DNA from: Elusimicrobiota bacterium
Lineage (GTDB): Bacteria; Elusimicrobiota; Elusimicrobia; F11
Assembly: GCA_044221725.1 (NCBI GenBank)
Contig: JBGAON010000001.1
Location: 320,001 to 384,000, forward strand
DNA: 64,000 bases
Direction: 5' to 3'
Part shown: piece by piece, positions 45,784 to 55,466 of the stretch
Layout: each line of letters begins with the position of its first letter
Position numbering within the stretch: the first letter of the stretch is position 1
Made by a program: the position numbers and the translations under genes
Notes under the pieces: generated by a model
What the model was told of the DNA's origin: nothing
Databases searched by the model: none
Seen by the model: the letters and a program-made list of their open reading frames with translations, nothing else

Positions 45784-47142
45784 TTGAACACCGAAACAAA
45801 AGTCGGCCTGTTTTTGTTGGCGGCCTTGAGCGTGATACTGACGTCAATTCTCACGCTCGGTAATGTTCAATTTTTCAGTCGCAATCACCGCTACTACGTT
45901 GATTTTGCGAACGTCGAAGCGCTTCCCGCGAAAGCGTTGGTCAAAGTGGCCGGCGTCGAAATCGGAAAAGTACGCAAAGTGTCGCTCGTGGAAGGTCACG
46001 CCCGCGTTACGATTGATATTGATCCCGAAGTGGAGCTGCACGAAAACGCATCGGCGCGCGTGGAGTCAACCGGTATCATTGGAACAAAATTTATCGAGTT
46101 GCGTCCCGGCAGTTCCTCTCTTCCAATCCTTCCAAACAAATCCGCGATCCGTGGTGAAGAAGCCGCTGGTTTGAATCAGATGATCAACAAGCTCAGCACG
46201 CTGTTTGAAAGCGACGAGAAAAACGGCAACGCCGTCGATAATTTTAAAGAGACGATGGCCAACATCCGCAACATTACGCGCGCGTTGAATGTGGCGATGG
46301 GCAATCATGCTGGAGAAATGGAAGAGATCGTCATGAACGTTCGCGATTTGACCGCCAGCTTGAAAGTTTTCTCGGCGCATCTCGAAGAAATTTCCACCGA
46401 GAAGAAAGAGGATTTCAAAACAGCGATCACGAAGTTCAAGGACGTGGGTGACAAGTTGGACGCGCTGTTGGCCAAGGTGAGCCGCGGCGAGGGAACGATC
46501 GGTGCGCTGATGACCGACAAGCAGACGGAGCAAAATGTAAAAGAAGCGGTCGCGTCCATTAAAGACTCGGCCAATTCCGCAAAGAAGATTTTGGGTCGTT
46601 TCACGGCCGTGAATATTTATTGGGATTACCGGTATCGCTATGACATGACGGACAACGAGGGAAGGCACGATCTTGCGCTCAAGTTTGTGCCACGGCCCGG
46701 AAAATTTTATGCGCTCGGTGTGACGAACATGAGCGTGAACGATCAGTCGGATGAAGAACACACATTGTTTGAGCGTCGCAATCGCGTCCTGGCCGTCATG
46801 GGGAACGATCTTGGCCCATTTACCGGATACATTGGTGCGGTGCGATCACGCGGGGGCGGTGGCCTAAATTTCCGTCCGTTCTTCTTTAACCCGAAGTGGG
46901 ATCGCCGCGTTGAATTGAACGCTGAGCTGTCCGACCCAATGCGGGACCGGCTGGTGCAGGGCCGTCATTTGGACACGCCGTGGGTCGGCGTTGGGGCGCA
47001 CGTGGCGTTGAACAAATGGTTATGGATTGGCGCGCGCGCAGAAGATATTTTTGAGCGGGTTGCGTATCAAGCGTATATGAACATCAACTTCCGCGATCAA
47101 GATTTGGCGTATATGTTCGGTCTCGCCAGCGTGGCGAGATAA
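45784..47142 (+). CDS. mlaD: Long MlaD/MCE protein with helical stalk and beta-rich C-terminus
   Basis: ETKVGLF TM, V.VAGV.IG.V, GIIG.KFIEL.PG, GEGTIG.L; TTG start. Confidence 0.85.
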   Translation: MNTETKVGLFLLAALSVILTSILTLGNVQFFSRNHRYYVDFANVEALPAKALVKVAGVEIGKVRKVSLVEGHARVTIDIDPEVELHENASARVESTGIIGTKFIELRPGSSSLPILPNKSAIRGEEAAGLNQMINKLSTLFESDEKNGNAVDNFKETMANIRNITRALNVAMGNHAGEMEEIVMNVRDLTASLKVFSAHLEEISTEKKEDFKTAITKFKDVGDKLDALLAKVSRGEGTIGALMTDKQTEQNVKEAVASIKDSANSAKKILGRFTAVNIYWDYRYRYDMTDNEGRHDLALKFVPRPGKFYALGVTNMSVNDQSDEEHTLFERRNRVLAVMGNDLGPFTGYIGAVRSRGGGGLNFRPFFFNPKWDRRVELNAELSDPMRDRLVQGRHLDTPWVGVGAHVALNKWLWIGARAEDIFERVAYQAYMNINFRDQDLAYMFGLASVAR

Positions 47143-47153
47143 GGAGCAATAAA

Positions 47154-47684
47154 ATGGCAGGAAAGGTAGTTCCAACCCGATTGTATTCGCTGTCTCAAGT
47201 CGGTGGACAGTGCGTAATGGTTCTCGAGGAAATTGACGGGCCGCGTTTGTTGCCCATTTGGATCGGCCTTTATGAAGGAGGCGCCATTGGCATGGCATTG
47301 TCCGGCCAGCAATTTCCCCGTCCGCTCACGCACGACCTGTTTATGATTGTCATGCAGCAGCTCGGCGGCAAAATGAAGCACATGGAAATTACCGAGCTCA
47401 AAGATTCAACCTTCTACGCCGAAATTTGTTTGACGAGTGGGCCCAACGATATCATCATTGATGCGCGTCCCAGTGACTCGGTGGCGCTGGCCGTGCGCGC
47501 CAACTGTCCGATTCTCGTGAACGAAAAAGTTTTCAAAGCGTGTCCCGAATTGTTGAAGCCCATTAGCGAAGACGAAGTGAACGATTTCAAAAAAAAGTTG
47601 GACACAATGACGCCGGAAGACTTTTTCAAAGATCTCAAGAAGAAAGACGAGCCTCCATCAGGAAAAGAACCGCCGCAAGAATAG
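47154..47684 (+). CDS. Bifunctional nuclease (DUF151)
   Basis: LPIWIG..E, RPLTHDL, DARPSD.VALA. Confidence 0.9.
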   Translation: MAGKVVPTRLYSLSQVGGQCVMVLEEIDGPRLLPIWIGLYEGGAIGMALSGQQFPRPLTHDLFMIVMQQLGGKMKHMEITELKDSTFYAEICLTSGPNDIIIDARPSDSVALAVRANCPILVNEKVFKACPELLKPISEDEVNDFKKKLDTMTPEDFFKDLKKKDEPPSGKEPPQE

Positions 47685-47711
47685 TCGTCGACAAATAAGG
47701 AGACATTTCGA

Positions 47712-48764
47712 ATGTTTCATGTGTTAAGAGGATTGCTGTTGCTCGTAGGGCCCATTATTGGTTATTCGGTTGGTAAAACCGCCGACGCCGCGCTTGTAGG
47801 ATTGGGTGTGTCCGCATTCGTTGTAGCGATTGAACTGGTGATTGAGCGCATTCCATTGGACGTTTTAATTTTTGGTGCGATTGGAGCGTTTGGCGGTGTC
47901 ATTATTGCGAAAGGAATTGACTGGCTTGTTTTCCGGCTCGACAATCCGGCGATCTATCAATTCATTTCAAACAAGTCGCTGCTAGTGAATCTTGTGTTCG
48001 CGTATCTCGGTTGCATGATCGCGGTTCGAAAAAAAGGCGAACTCGATCTCCTCGATAAAAATCTCGTTGTTAAGTCCACAAAATCCAAAGAAGTCAAAAT
48101 TATCGACACGTCCGTTCTCATTGATGGACGACTCGCCGACGTCGTGGAAACCGGTTTTCTTTCGGGGAATCTTATCGTGCCACGATTCGTGTTGCATGAG
48201 CTCCAGGTCGTCGCCGACTCGTCGGACGGAACGAAACGTCAGCGTGGGCGTCGGGGGCTTGATATTTTAAAGCGGTTGCAAGACAGCCAAGAAGTAACGG
48301 TCAAAATTTACGACAAAGATTATCCGAACATAAAAGAAGTGGACTCGAAGCTCGTTGAACTCGCAAAAGAAATGGACGGCAAGGTTGCGACAACGGATTT
48401 CAACTTAAGCAAAGTGGCCGCGCTTCAAGGCGTGCCCGTGTTGAACGTGAACGATTTGGCCGGAGCGCTTAAGTCGGTGGTTCTTCCGGGCGATACGTTG
48501 ATTCTTTATCTCGCGAAGGAAGGCAAAGAAAAACAGCAGGCTGTCGGATATCTCGACGATGGAACCATGGTTGTTGTGGATGACGGCCGCCGCTATTTGG
48601 GTAAGCGCGTGAGCGCTTACGTGAATTCAATTCTTCAAACGCCTGCCGGCCGTATGATTTTTGCTCGCGCGCAGGAAGTAAAAGAGATGCCCCACGTGGA
48701 AGAAAAGCATCCGCTGCCAGGATCTCCGTCCGCGTCGAACGAATCTCATCCACCCCATTCCTAA
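47712..48764 (+). CDS. PIN/TRAM domain membrane protein (YacL-like)
   Basis: DTSVLIDGR, RGRRGL, T.DFNL, GYLDDGTMVVV, QT.AGRMIF. Confidence 0.92.
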   Translation: MFHVLRGLLLLVGPIIGYSVGKTADAALVGLGVSAFVVAIELVIERIPLDVLIFGAIGAFGGVIIAKGIDWLVFRLDNPAIYQFISNKSLLVNLVFAYLGCMIAVRKKGELDLLDKNLVVKSTKSKEVKIIDTSVLIDGRLADVVETGFLSGNLIVPRFVLHELQVVADSSDGTKRQRGRRGLDILKRLQDSQEVTVKIYDKDYPNIKEVDSKLVELAKEMDGKVATTDFNLSKVAALQGVPVLNVNDLAGALKSVVLPGDTLILYLAKEGKEKQQAVGYLDDGTMVVVDDGRRYLGKRVSAYVNSILQTPAGRMIFARAQEVKEMPHVEEKHPLPGSPSASNESHPPHS

Positions 48765-48769
48765 TTGGT

Positions 48770-49438
48770 ATGAAGTCGGGTGTGGTGTTGCTTGCGGCCG
48801 GATCCGGGCGACGGTTCGGTGGACGCCAACCCAAACAGTTTCTCTTTGTTAACGGCAAACCGCTTTTTTTTCTTCCGCTGAAAACTTTTTTGGAAAAGCC
48901 CTCGGTGAAAGAAGTCGTGATCGTGGGCGCGCCCGTGCATCGCGCCAAAATTTCACGCTGGGTCGCAGCGATGCGAACAAACAAGCCAATCGCCGTGGTC
49001 GACGGGGGCGCCATTCGAGGAGAATCGGTTCGAAATGGCGTACAAGCGTTATCGAACTCCGTCGATGTCGTGCTTGTGCACGATTCGGCGCGTCCGTTGG
49101 TATCGCGCGACATTATTGACCGGGTTGAAAAAGCGGCGAAGCGAACAGGGGCCGCGTTGGCCGCGTGGCCGCTGGCCGACACGTTGAAGTTGGCCACGCC
49201 GAGCTTGCTCGTTAAGAAAACCATTCCAAGGGAGAAGCTTTGGCTTGCGCAAACACCGCAGGGATTTCGACGGGATGTGGCTCAAAAATGTTTGATGGCG
49301 CCGTCCGCTGGTGCGACGGACGATGTGGAACTCGCGCAACGCAAAGGGTACAAGGTCGCAATTGTTGAGGGGAGCGCCACCAATTTTAAGGTCACGTATC
49401 CCACGGATTTAACGTTATGTCGATTACTTCAAAAATAA
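48770..49438 (+). CDS. ispD: MEP cytidylyltransferase
   Basis: AAGSGRR..PKQF, VHD.ARP, QTPQ, TDD, N.KVT. Confidence 0.93.
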   Translation: MKSGVVLLAAGSGRRFGGRQPKQFLFVNGKPLFFLPLKTFLEKPSVKEVVIVGAPVHRAKISRWVAAMRTNKPIAVVDGGAIRGESVRNGVQALSNSVDVVLVHDSARPLVSRDIIDRVEKAAKRTGAALAAWPLADTLKLATPSLLVKKTIPREKLWLAQTPQGFRRDVAQKCLMAPSAGATDDVELAQRKGYKVAIVEGSATNFKVTYPTDLTLCRLLQK

Positions 49439-49911
49439 GTCGGACCGGATTCGGTTTCGATTCGCACCTGTTCTCGTCCAGCGGTACGTTGGTGCTGGGC
49501 GGAATCAAATTTAAAAACATGCCGATCCTCAAAGGGCATTCGGACGGCGATGCTGTTTTGCATGCGCTGATCGATGCGCTTTTGGGCGCCGCCTCGTTGG
49601 GCGACATTGGCGAGATGTTCCCGGATACGTCATCGGCGCTCAAGGGGATTGATAGTGCGTTGCTTTTGAAACGCGCCGTCGACCGCGTAAAAAAAGCCGG
49701 CTGGACGCCGGAACATGTGGACGTCACAATTCTTGCGGACGACCCGCGCCTATCGCCGGTCAAAGAAAAAATGAAGAAAGGGTTAGCGAAACTACTGGGT
49801 ATGCATGCGAGCGACGTGAACGTAAAAGCCAAAACTCAAGAAGGGTTAGCGATATTCAAACAGCCCGGCGGAATTGCCGTTTGGGCCGTCGCCACACTGG
49901 GTGGTAGATGA
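49417..49911 (+). CDS. ispF: MEcPP synthase
   Basis: G.G.D.H, GHSDGD...HA..DALLGA..GDIG..FP, NVKAKT.E. Confidence 0.94.
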   Translation: MSITSKISRTGFGFDSHLFSSSGTLVLGGIKFKNMPILKGHSDGDAVLHALIDALLGAASLGDIGEMFPDTSSALKGIDSALLLKRAVDRVKKAGWTPEHVDVTILADDPRLSPVKEKMKKGLAKLLGMHASDVNVKAKTQEGLAIFKQPGGIAVWAVATLGGR

Positions 49912-51314
49912 GACCGTTGCATTTCCATAACACGTTGTCGGGCAAGAAAGAGGAACTCAAACCGCTCGTCGCCGGCAAAGTCGGACTTTACGTTTGCGGG
50001 ATTACGCCGTACGACGAATCCCACATTGGGCACGCGCGCTGTTATGTCGTGTTCGATATATTGAAACGGGTGCTACTGGCAAACGGTTACCAAGTCAAAC
50101 ACGTTCAGAACTTCACCGATGTCGATGACAAAATTATCAAGCGCGCAAACGAAATGAACGTGCCGGCGGAATCTTATCCGAAGCCGTTCATGAAAGGTTT
50201 TCTGGATCACATGAAAAAGTTGAACGTGCTGCCCGCCGACACCTACCCGCTTGTAACGACGCACATGAACGAAATTGTTGCTCTCATTGAGAGGCTCATC
50301 GCTCGCGGATTCGCCTATGAGATAGGCGGTGACGTGTATTATTCCGTGCGAAAATTTGGAACGCGTTACGTGGAATTGTCGAAACGAAATCTTGAAGAGA
50401 TGATCGCCGGTGCGCGTGTGGAAGTGGACGAACGGAAAAACGATCCGCTCGACTTCGCGTTATGGAAGAAATCGAAGGAGAACGAGCCGGCTTGGCCATC
50501 GCCGTGGGGAAACGGGCGGCCCGGTTGGCACATTGAATGTTCGGCGATGGCGATGAAATACCTGGGCGACGAATTTGACATTCATGGCGGCGGAATGGAT
50601 TTGATTTTTCCACACCACACGAATGAAATCGCCCAGTCGGTGGGCGCCTCCGGCAAAGCGTTTGCAAAGATGTGGGTGCACAACGGGTTTGTCACGATCG
50701 ACAATGAAAAGATGTCGAAGTCGCTCGGGAATTTTTTCACGATTAAAGAGGTGCTTGCCAAGTTTGATCCGATGACGCTTCGGTATTTTCTGCTTTCGCA
50801 GCATTACCGAAGCCCGCTCAATTTTTCGGACCACGCGCTCACCGTGGCCCAAACCACGTGGTTCCAACGAATCATCGGAGCTTATCGTATTGCAGAGGGC
50901 TGGGAGCATCGTCGTTCCCGCGAAGGCGGGAACCTAGACACCCCCGGTGGGGCGACAGAGAAGTTTCACGCCGCACTCGCTAACGACTTGAACACGCCCG
51001 AAGCGCTCGCGGAAATCAATCAATATTGTTCGCTTATTTACGAGCACGAGAAATCACAAGAGCCAATGCCGGAGGCGAAGTCGGTGTTGGATGCGATGTT
51101 CAATACGCTCGGGCTGGTTCCCGCGCAAGAGGAAAAGTGGTCCGATGAAATTCTCGCAATCGTCAAAGATCGGGAGACCGCGCGTAAAAACAAAGAGTGG
51201 AAGCGCTCCGACGAGCTGCGTGATTTGCTGAAGTCAAAAGGCGTGCTCGTTGAAGATTCGTCATCGGGCCAGCGTTTGAAAAAAATGGGAGACGGCGTTG
51301 GCGTGGCGAAATAA
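49908..51314 (+). CDS. cysS: Cysteine--tRNA ligase
   Basis: YVCG, HIGH, PGWHIECS, KMSKS. Confidence 0.97.
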   Translation: MRPLHFHNTLSGKKEELKPLVAGKVGLYVCGITPYDESHIGHARCYVVFDILKRVLLANGYQVKHVQNFTDVDDKIIKRANEMNVPAESYPKPFMKGFLDHMKKLNVLPADTYPLVTTHMNEIVALIERLIARGFAYEIGGDVYYSVRKFGTRYVELSKRNLEEMIAGARVEVDERKNDPLDFALWKKSKENEPAWPSPWGNGRPGWHIECSAMAMKYLGDEFDIHGGGMDLIFPHHTNEIAQSVGASGKAFAKMWVHNGFVTIDNEKMSKSLGNFFTIKEVLAKFDPMTLRYFLLSQHYRSPLNFSDHALTVAQTTWFQRIIGAYRIAEGWEHRRSREGGNLDTPGGATEKFHAALANDLNTPEALAEINQYCSLIYEHEKSQEPMPEAKSVLDAMFNTLGLVPAQEEKWSDEILAIVKDRETARKNKEWKRSDELRDLLKSKGVLVEDSSSGQRLKKMGDGVGVAK

Positions 51315-52077
51315 GTCGAATCGCTCCGACCGTGCGGAGGATTCCTCGGCGGACCTTGTGTACGGTCGCTGGCCCGTGCGCGAAGCATTGGCCGCCGGGC
51401 AAGTCGCCAAAATTTTTGTCGCGCGGGGAGTGAACGGCGGTCCCGTAGAAGAAATCTTACGAATCGCTCGCGATAAGAAAGTGCCCTTTCATTGGGTCGA
51501 GCGTCAGAAAATTGACGAGCTTGCCGGCGATGAAGCCGTTCATCAGGGCGTTGCCGCGTACGCGACGCCGATAAAATTTTCCGACGTGAACGAAATTATT
51601 GGATTGGCCAAAAATTTCCGAGACAAAAGACCTGCGGCGATTTTTCTCGATGGCGTTACCGACCCGCACAACCTCGGCTCCATTTTGCGCAGCGCCGTTT
51701 TTTTCGGAGTGCCCGCTGTTGTGATTCCGAAATGGCGCGCCGCAACGTTGACGGGAACCGTCGTGCGCTCCTCCGCAGGTGCGGCGCGGCTTATCTCCAT
51801 TGCACAGGTACCGAACCTGGTCGGTGCAATGGAACTCGCTCGAAAAGCGGGCGTTTGGCTGGTGGGTGCCGATATGTCGGGCGATGACATTAAGCAAGTT
51901 GATCTCCCTCAACCGTATATATTGGTGATGGGAGGAGAGGGTGAAGGGCTCCACGAGTTGGTGAGAAAGAAGTGCGACATGTTGATTAGCCTTAAAGGGC
52001 ATGCCAACAGGAAAGGAATCGATTCGTTAAACGTGGGCGCCGCCACCGCTGCTTTGCTTCACTCGGTTTCCTCTTAA
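51298..52077 (+). CDS. rlmB: 23S rRNA Gm2251 methyltransferase (SpoU)
   Basis: HQGV, DPHNLG.I.R, G.EG.G, SLNV; follows cysS. Confidence 0.9.
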   Translation: MAWRNKSNRSDRAEDSSADLVYGRWPVREALAAGQVAKIFVARGVNGGPVEEILRIARDKKVPFHWVERQKIDELAGDEAVHQGVAAYATPIKFSDVNEIIGLAKNFRDKRPAAIFLDGVTDPHNLGSILRSAVFFGVPAVVIPKWRAATLTGTVVRSSAGAARLISIAQVPNLVGAMELARKAGVWLVGADMSGDDIKQVDLPQPYILVMGGEGEGLHELVRKKCDMLISLKGHANRKGIDSLNVGAATAALLHSVSS

Positions 52078-52159
52078 CTAGAACGGTTTTGAACACCGGT
52101 AACCGGTTTGCTAATCGAGCGTGTTTTTATACGATCGGTTCGCTGTTTGGACTCTGAAC

Positions 52160-52231
52160 GCCGATGTAGCTCAATGGCAGAGCAACGGTTTTGTAAACCG
52201 TAGGTTGGGGGTTCGAGTCCCTTCATCGGCT
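52160..52231 (+). tRNA. tRNA-Thr(TGT)
   Basis: GCCGATG/CATCGGC acceptor, ACGGT-TTTGTAA-ACCGT anticodon arm. Confidence 0.95.
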
Positions 52232-52312
52232 TATAAAAGTTTTTCACTCTGTTAGCCCCCTCCCTAACGAGATTTCACCATCGATATTTCTGTACAAAGG
52301 AACTTACGACCA

Positions 52313-53608
52313 ATGAAAAGAATGACCTGGCTTCTTGTTCTGACAGTTGTTGCATCACCGTTTTTATCTTCGTGCAAAGGTTCAAAGGCTTCCGGAAGTG
52401 AAGCGGTTGTTGTTTGGCACTGGATGACCGATCGCGATGAAGCATTTCAGCACTTGGCTCAGGAATACAAGAAGGAAACTGGCAAAGACGTGCAATTCCA
52501 GCTTTATGCTCCCTCGGACGTTTACTCTCAAAAAGTTCGAGTCGGTGCACAGACGAACAGCCTTCCCGATATCTTTGGCGTTTTGGGTGACGCCCGCGAC
52601 CTGGCAAGCTTTATTGAAGCGGAGCACGTAGCGAACCTCACGAAGGAATTGGGCGATGGCCCAGGGTCGTGGAAATCACGTTTTTACGAGGAAGCATTGG
52701 CGACCACGTTCTACAAAGCAGGCAACAGCTTTCAGGTTCCCGAAGGCTATTACGGAATTCCAATTGATGTCACCACGATTCCGATGATTTACAACAAAAA
52801 ACTTTTCCAGAAAGCGGGCCTGGATCCAAACAATCCGCCAAAAACCTGGGATGATTTTATTGCCGCGGGTGTCGCATTGAAGAAGAGCGGTGTGACCGGA
52901 TTCGTCAGCGGTTGGGCCGAAACCTGGCTCATCTACTCGTTGGCCACCGATTTGGCTCACAATTTGATGGGCGAGGCGAAAGTGATGGACACGTTCGCGG
53001 GCAAGGTGCCTTACACGGATCCCGACTGGATTACAATCTTTACGGCATTTGAAAAATTGCAGAAAGCCGGATTCGCCGATCCGAGCCTTGTAACCTTGGG
53101 CAACAAAGCCGCCGAACAGGCCTTCTCGCAAGAGCGATCGGGTATGACGTTCAATGGTTCGTGGGCCGTCAATGTGTACGCGGGAATGAACCCGAAACTT
53201 GAATATGCACCGTTCCGTCCGTCAGCGCTTGGAAACAAATATCCTCAAACCGTTTGGGGAGGAGCGGGAACGGTTTTTCTTGTGAACGCGAAGTCAACAG
53301 CGAAAGACAACGCCGTGGCATTCCTCAAATGGTTATCGGACAAAAAGCAGGCCGGCTATTTGGTCTCCTCGACAAAGAACTTGCCGGCGGTGAACGATGC
53401 CGAAAGCGCCGATATTTCTCCGGTGCTCAAGCAGTTTGCCGATCTCATGAAAAATTCGATCCATCCGAACCGCTTCTCTGTTTCAGAGGATCCGAAGGTG
53501 CAAGAGGTGTTCACGAAGGGCATTCAATCGATTCTCATTGCGGAGAAGACGCCGCAACAAGTTGCGGCGGAAACGCAGAAAGCGAAGGAGAAGTCGAAAG
53601 TTCAATAG
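52313..53608 (+). CDS. Sugar ABC transporter substrate-binding lipoprotein
   Basis: Lipobox LSSC, YNK.LF.KAG, PP.TWD. Confidence 0.88.
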   Translation: MKRMTWLLVLTVVASPFLSSCKGSKASGSEAVVVWHWMTDRDEAFQHLAQEYKKETGKDVQFQLYAPSDVYSQKVRVGAQTNSLPDIFGVLGDARDLASFIEAEHVANLTKELGDGPGSWKSRFYEEALATTFYKAGNSFQVPEGYYGIPIDVTTIPMIYNKKLFQKAGLDPNNPPKTWDDFIAAGVALKKSGVTGFVSGWAETWLIYSLATDLAHNLMGEAKVMDTFAGKVPYTDPDWITIFTAFEKLQKAGFADPSLVTLGNKAAEQAFSQERSGMTFNGSWAVNVYAGMNPKLEYAPFRPSALGNKYPQTVWGGAGTVFLVNAKSTAKDNAVAFLKWLSDKKQAGYLVSSTKNLPAVNDAESADISPVLKQFADLMKNSIHPNRFSVSEDPKVQEVFTKGIQSILIAEKTPQQVAAETQKAKEKSKVQ

Positions 53609-53610
53609 AT

Positions 53611-54528
53611 ATGAGCGAACCGTCGAGCGCAACAACGAAAACGCCGTCAAGATTTAGCTGGCACATGGCCAGCAACTATCTATTCGTTTTGCCGGCGCTG
53701 CTCATGTTTTTAACGTTCAACTTTTATCCTTACATTCAGGTTTTCTTCCTTTCGGTTTTTAAGTGGAACGGAATCTCTGTCCACAAAGTGTTCCTCGGAT
53801 TAGCGAATTACAAGGACATCTTCGTGGACAATCCGGCGTGGTGGACTTCGATGAGAAACGCCGGATACGTAACCTTCTTGGCGCTCACGGTTCAAAATGG
53901 CGTGGCTTTGATGCTCGCGTGGCTCGTGGACCGCGATATTCGCGGCGGTCAAATTTATCGTTCCATTTTTTTCTTGCCGCCGATTCTGTCCGGGATCGTT
54001 GTTGGTTTGATCTGGAACTGGATTTACCAGGGCGATTATGGATTGCTCAACGCCTGGTTGGAAGAGCTGGGTCTGCATTCCTACAAGCACGCCTGGTTGG
54101 CCGAACCGCAGACGGCGCTCACGGCGCTGGCGGTGGTGCACATGTGGAAAGGCTTTGGTTGGGGCTTCATTATTTTGTTGGCGGGGCTTCAAGGAATTCC
54201 GCGTGAGTTATACGAGGCCGCGCGGGTGGACGGCGCCAGCGAGGCGCGTATTTTTTGGAAAATTACGGTTCCGCTCATGATCCCGGTGTTCATTCTCGTT
54301 AGTGTTCTCACGATTTTGGGTACCATGCAGATGTACGATCTTGTTATCACCACAACCCGCGGCGGACCGGGGCTTCACACCGAAGTGCCGATGAAGCGAA
54401 TTCTCGATGAAATTACGCCTGGTTCGCGAGTGGGTTATGCGTCGGCCATGGGGGTTGTATTCGGAGCGGTATTGCTCGTTGTGTCCATGATCCAAATTCA
54501 GCTTTCAAAGTGGTTCAAGGCAGAATAA
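53611..54528 (+). CDS. Carbohydrate ABC permease (MalF/UgpA-like)
   Basis: GL.NY and EAA loop LAGLQGIP.ELYEAA.VDGA. Confidence 0.92.
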   Translation: MSEPSSATTKTPSRFSWHMASNYLFVLPALLMFLTFNFYPYIQVFFLSVFKWNGISVHKVFLGLANYKDIFVDNPAWWTSMRNAGYVTFLALTVQNGVALMLAWLVDRDIRGGQIYRSIFFLPPILSGIVVGLIWNWIYQGDYGLLNAWLEELGLHSYKHAWLAEPQTALTALAVVHMWKGFGWGFIILLAGLQGIPRELYEAARVDGASEARIFWKITVPLMIPVFILVSVLTILGTMQMYDLVITTTRGGPGLHTEVPMKRILDEITPGSRVGYASAMGVVFGAVLLVVSMIQIQLSKWFKAE

Positions 54529-54529
54529 T

Positions 54530-55435
54530 ATGAATCGCACAATTCCCATGGAAGACCAGTTAATTAATCCCGTACGAAAGCGCTTTACGGCGGAGCGGAT
54601 TCGACTGCGTGTGACGCGAGCGGTCAAAAACGTCATCAAGCACACGATTCTTATTTTGGTCGCCATCAGCTGCGTTTTCCCTCTTGTCTGGATGTTGTCT
54701 TCCGCATTAAAAACTCAAGCCACTGTTTTCACCGATCTCAGCCTTATCCCGTCCGACCCGCAATTTGTGAATTTTGCTGACGCGTGGACAAAAGGAAAAT
54801 TCGCGGTTTATTTCTTTAACAGTGTGCTTTACACGGTGTCGTGTGTGTTTGGCGTGTTGCTAATTTCCTCATTGGCCGCTTTCGCCTTCGCGCGGCTTCA
54901 GTTCCCCGGCAAGAATGCTCTTTACTATCTTTTCTTGATTACCCTGATGATTCCCGTGCCCGGCGCCATTGTGGCGCTGTATGTTTTGCTCATCAAACTC
55001 GGCATCATTAATACGCGTATTGGTTACATGCTTCCACAGATTAATGGCGGGCTCGCGTTGGGCTTGTTTATCTTGCGCCCGTTCTTCGAGCGTATTCCAA
55101 AAGATCTTGAGGATGCGGCGCGCATTGATGGCTGCGGTCGGTTGGGAATCTATTGGAATGTGGCAATTCCGTTGGCAAAACCTGCGCTCGCGGTGGTCGC
55201 CTTATTCACGTCGCTTTCTGTTTGGAATGAATTCATGTTGGCTCAACTTGTGTTGCAGTCGCAGTCCCTCATGCCGCTGCAGTTGGGGCTCGTTAAATTT
55301 TGGGGAGGCACGCTCACCGAATATCCGCTGCTTATGGCCGGCATGGCCATTTCTGTCATACCTATTATTATCGCGTACATCTTTCTGCAGCGGCACATCA
55401 TCGCCGGTGTTACAGCCGGCGCATTAAAAGGGTAA
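54530..55435 (+). CDS. Carbohydrate ABC permease (MalG/UgpE-like)
   Basis: IP.DLEDAA.IDG, WNEF, Q..II.G..GA.KG. Confidence 0.92.
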   Translation: MNRTIPMEDQLINPVRKRFTAERIRLRVTRAVKNVIKHTILILVAISCVFPLVWMLSSALKTQATVFTDLSLIPSDPQFVNFADAWTKGKFAVYFFNSVLYTVSCVFGVLLISSLAAFAFARLQFPGKNALYYLFLITLMIPVPGAIVALYVLLIKLGIINTRIGYMLPQINGGLALGLFILRPFFERIPKDLEDAARIDGCGRLGIYWNVAIPLAKPALAVVALFTSLSVWNEFMLAQLVLQSQSLMPLQLGLVKFWGGTLTEYPLLMAGMAISVIPIIIAYIFLQRHIIAGVTAGALKG

Positions 55436-55466
55436 GCCTTCGCCAATTGAATTACGCCACCAACCA

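Noticed and set aside
52095..52110. ACCGGTAACCGGT palindrome as a LacI-type operator for the sugar locus
   Set aside because: It lies upstream of tRNA-Thr, is single-copy, and no LacI gene is in the window
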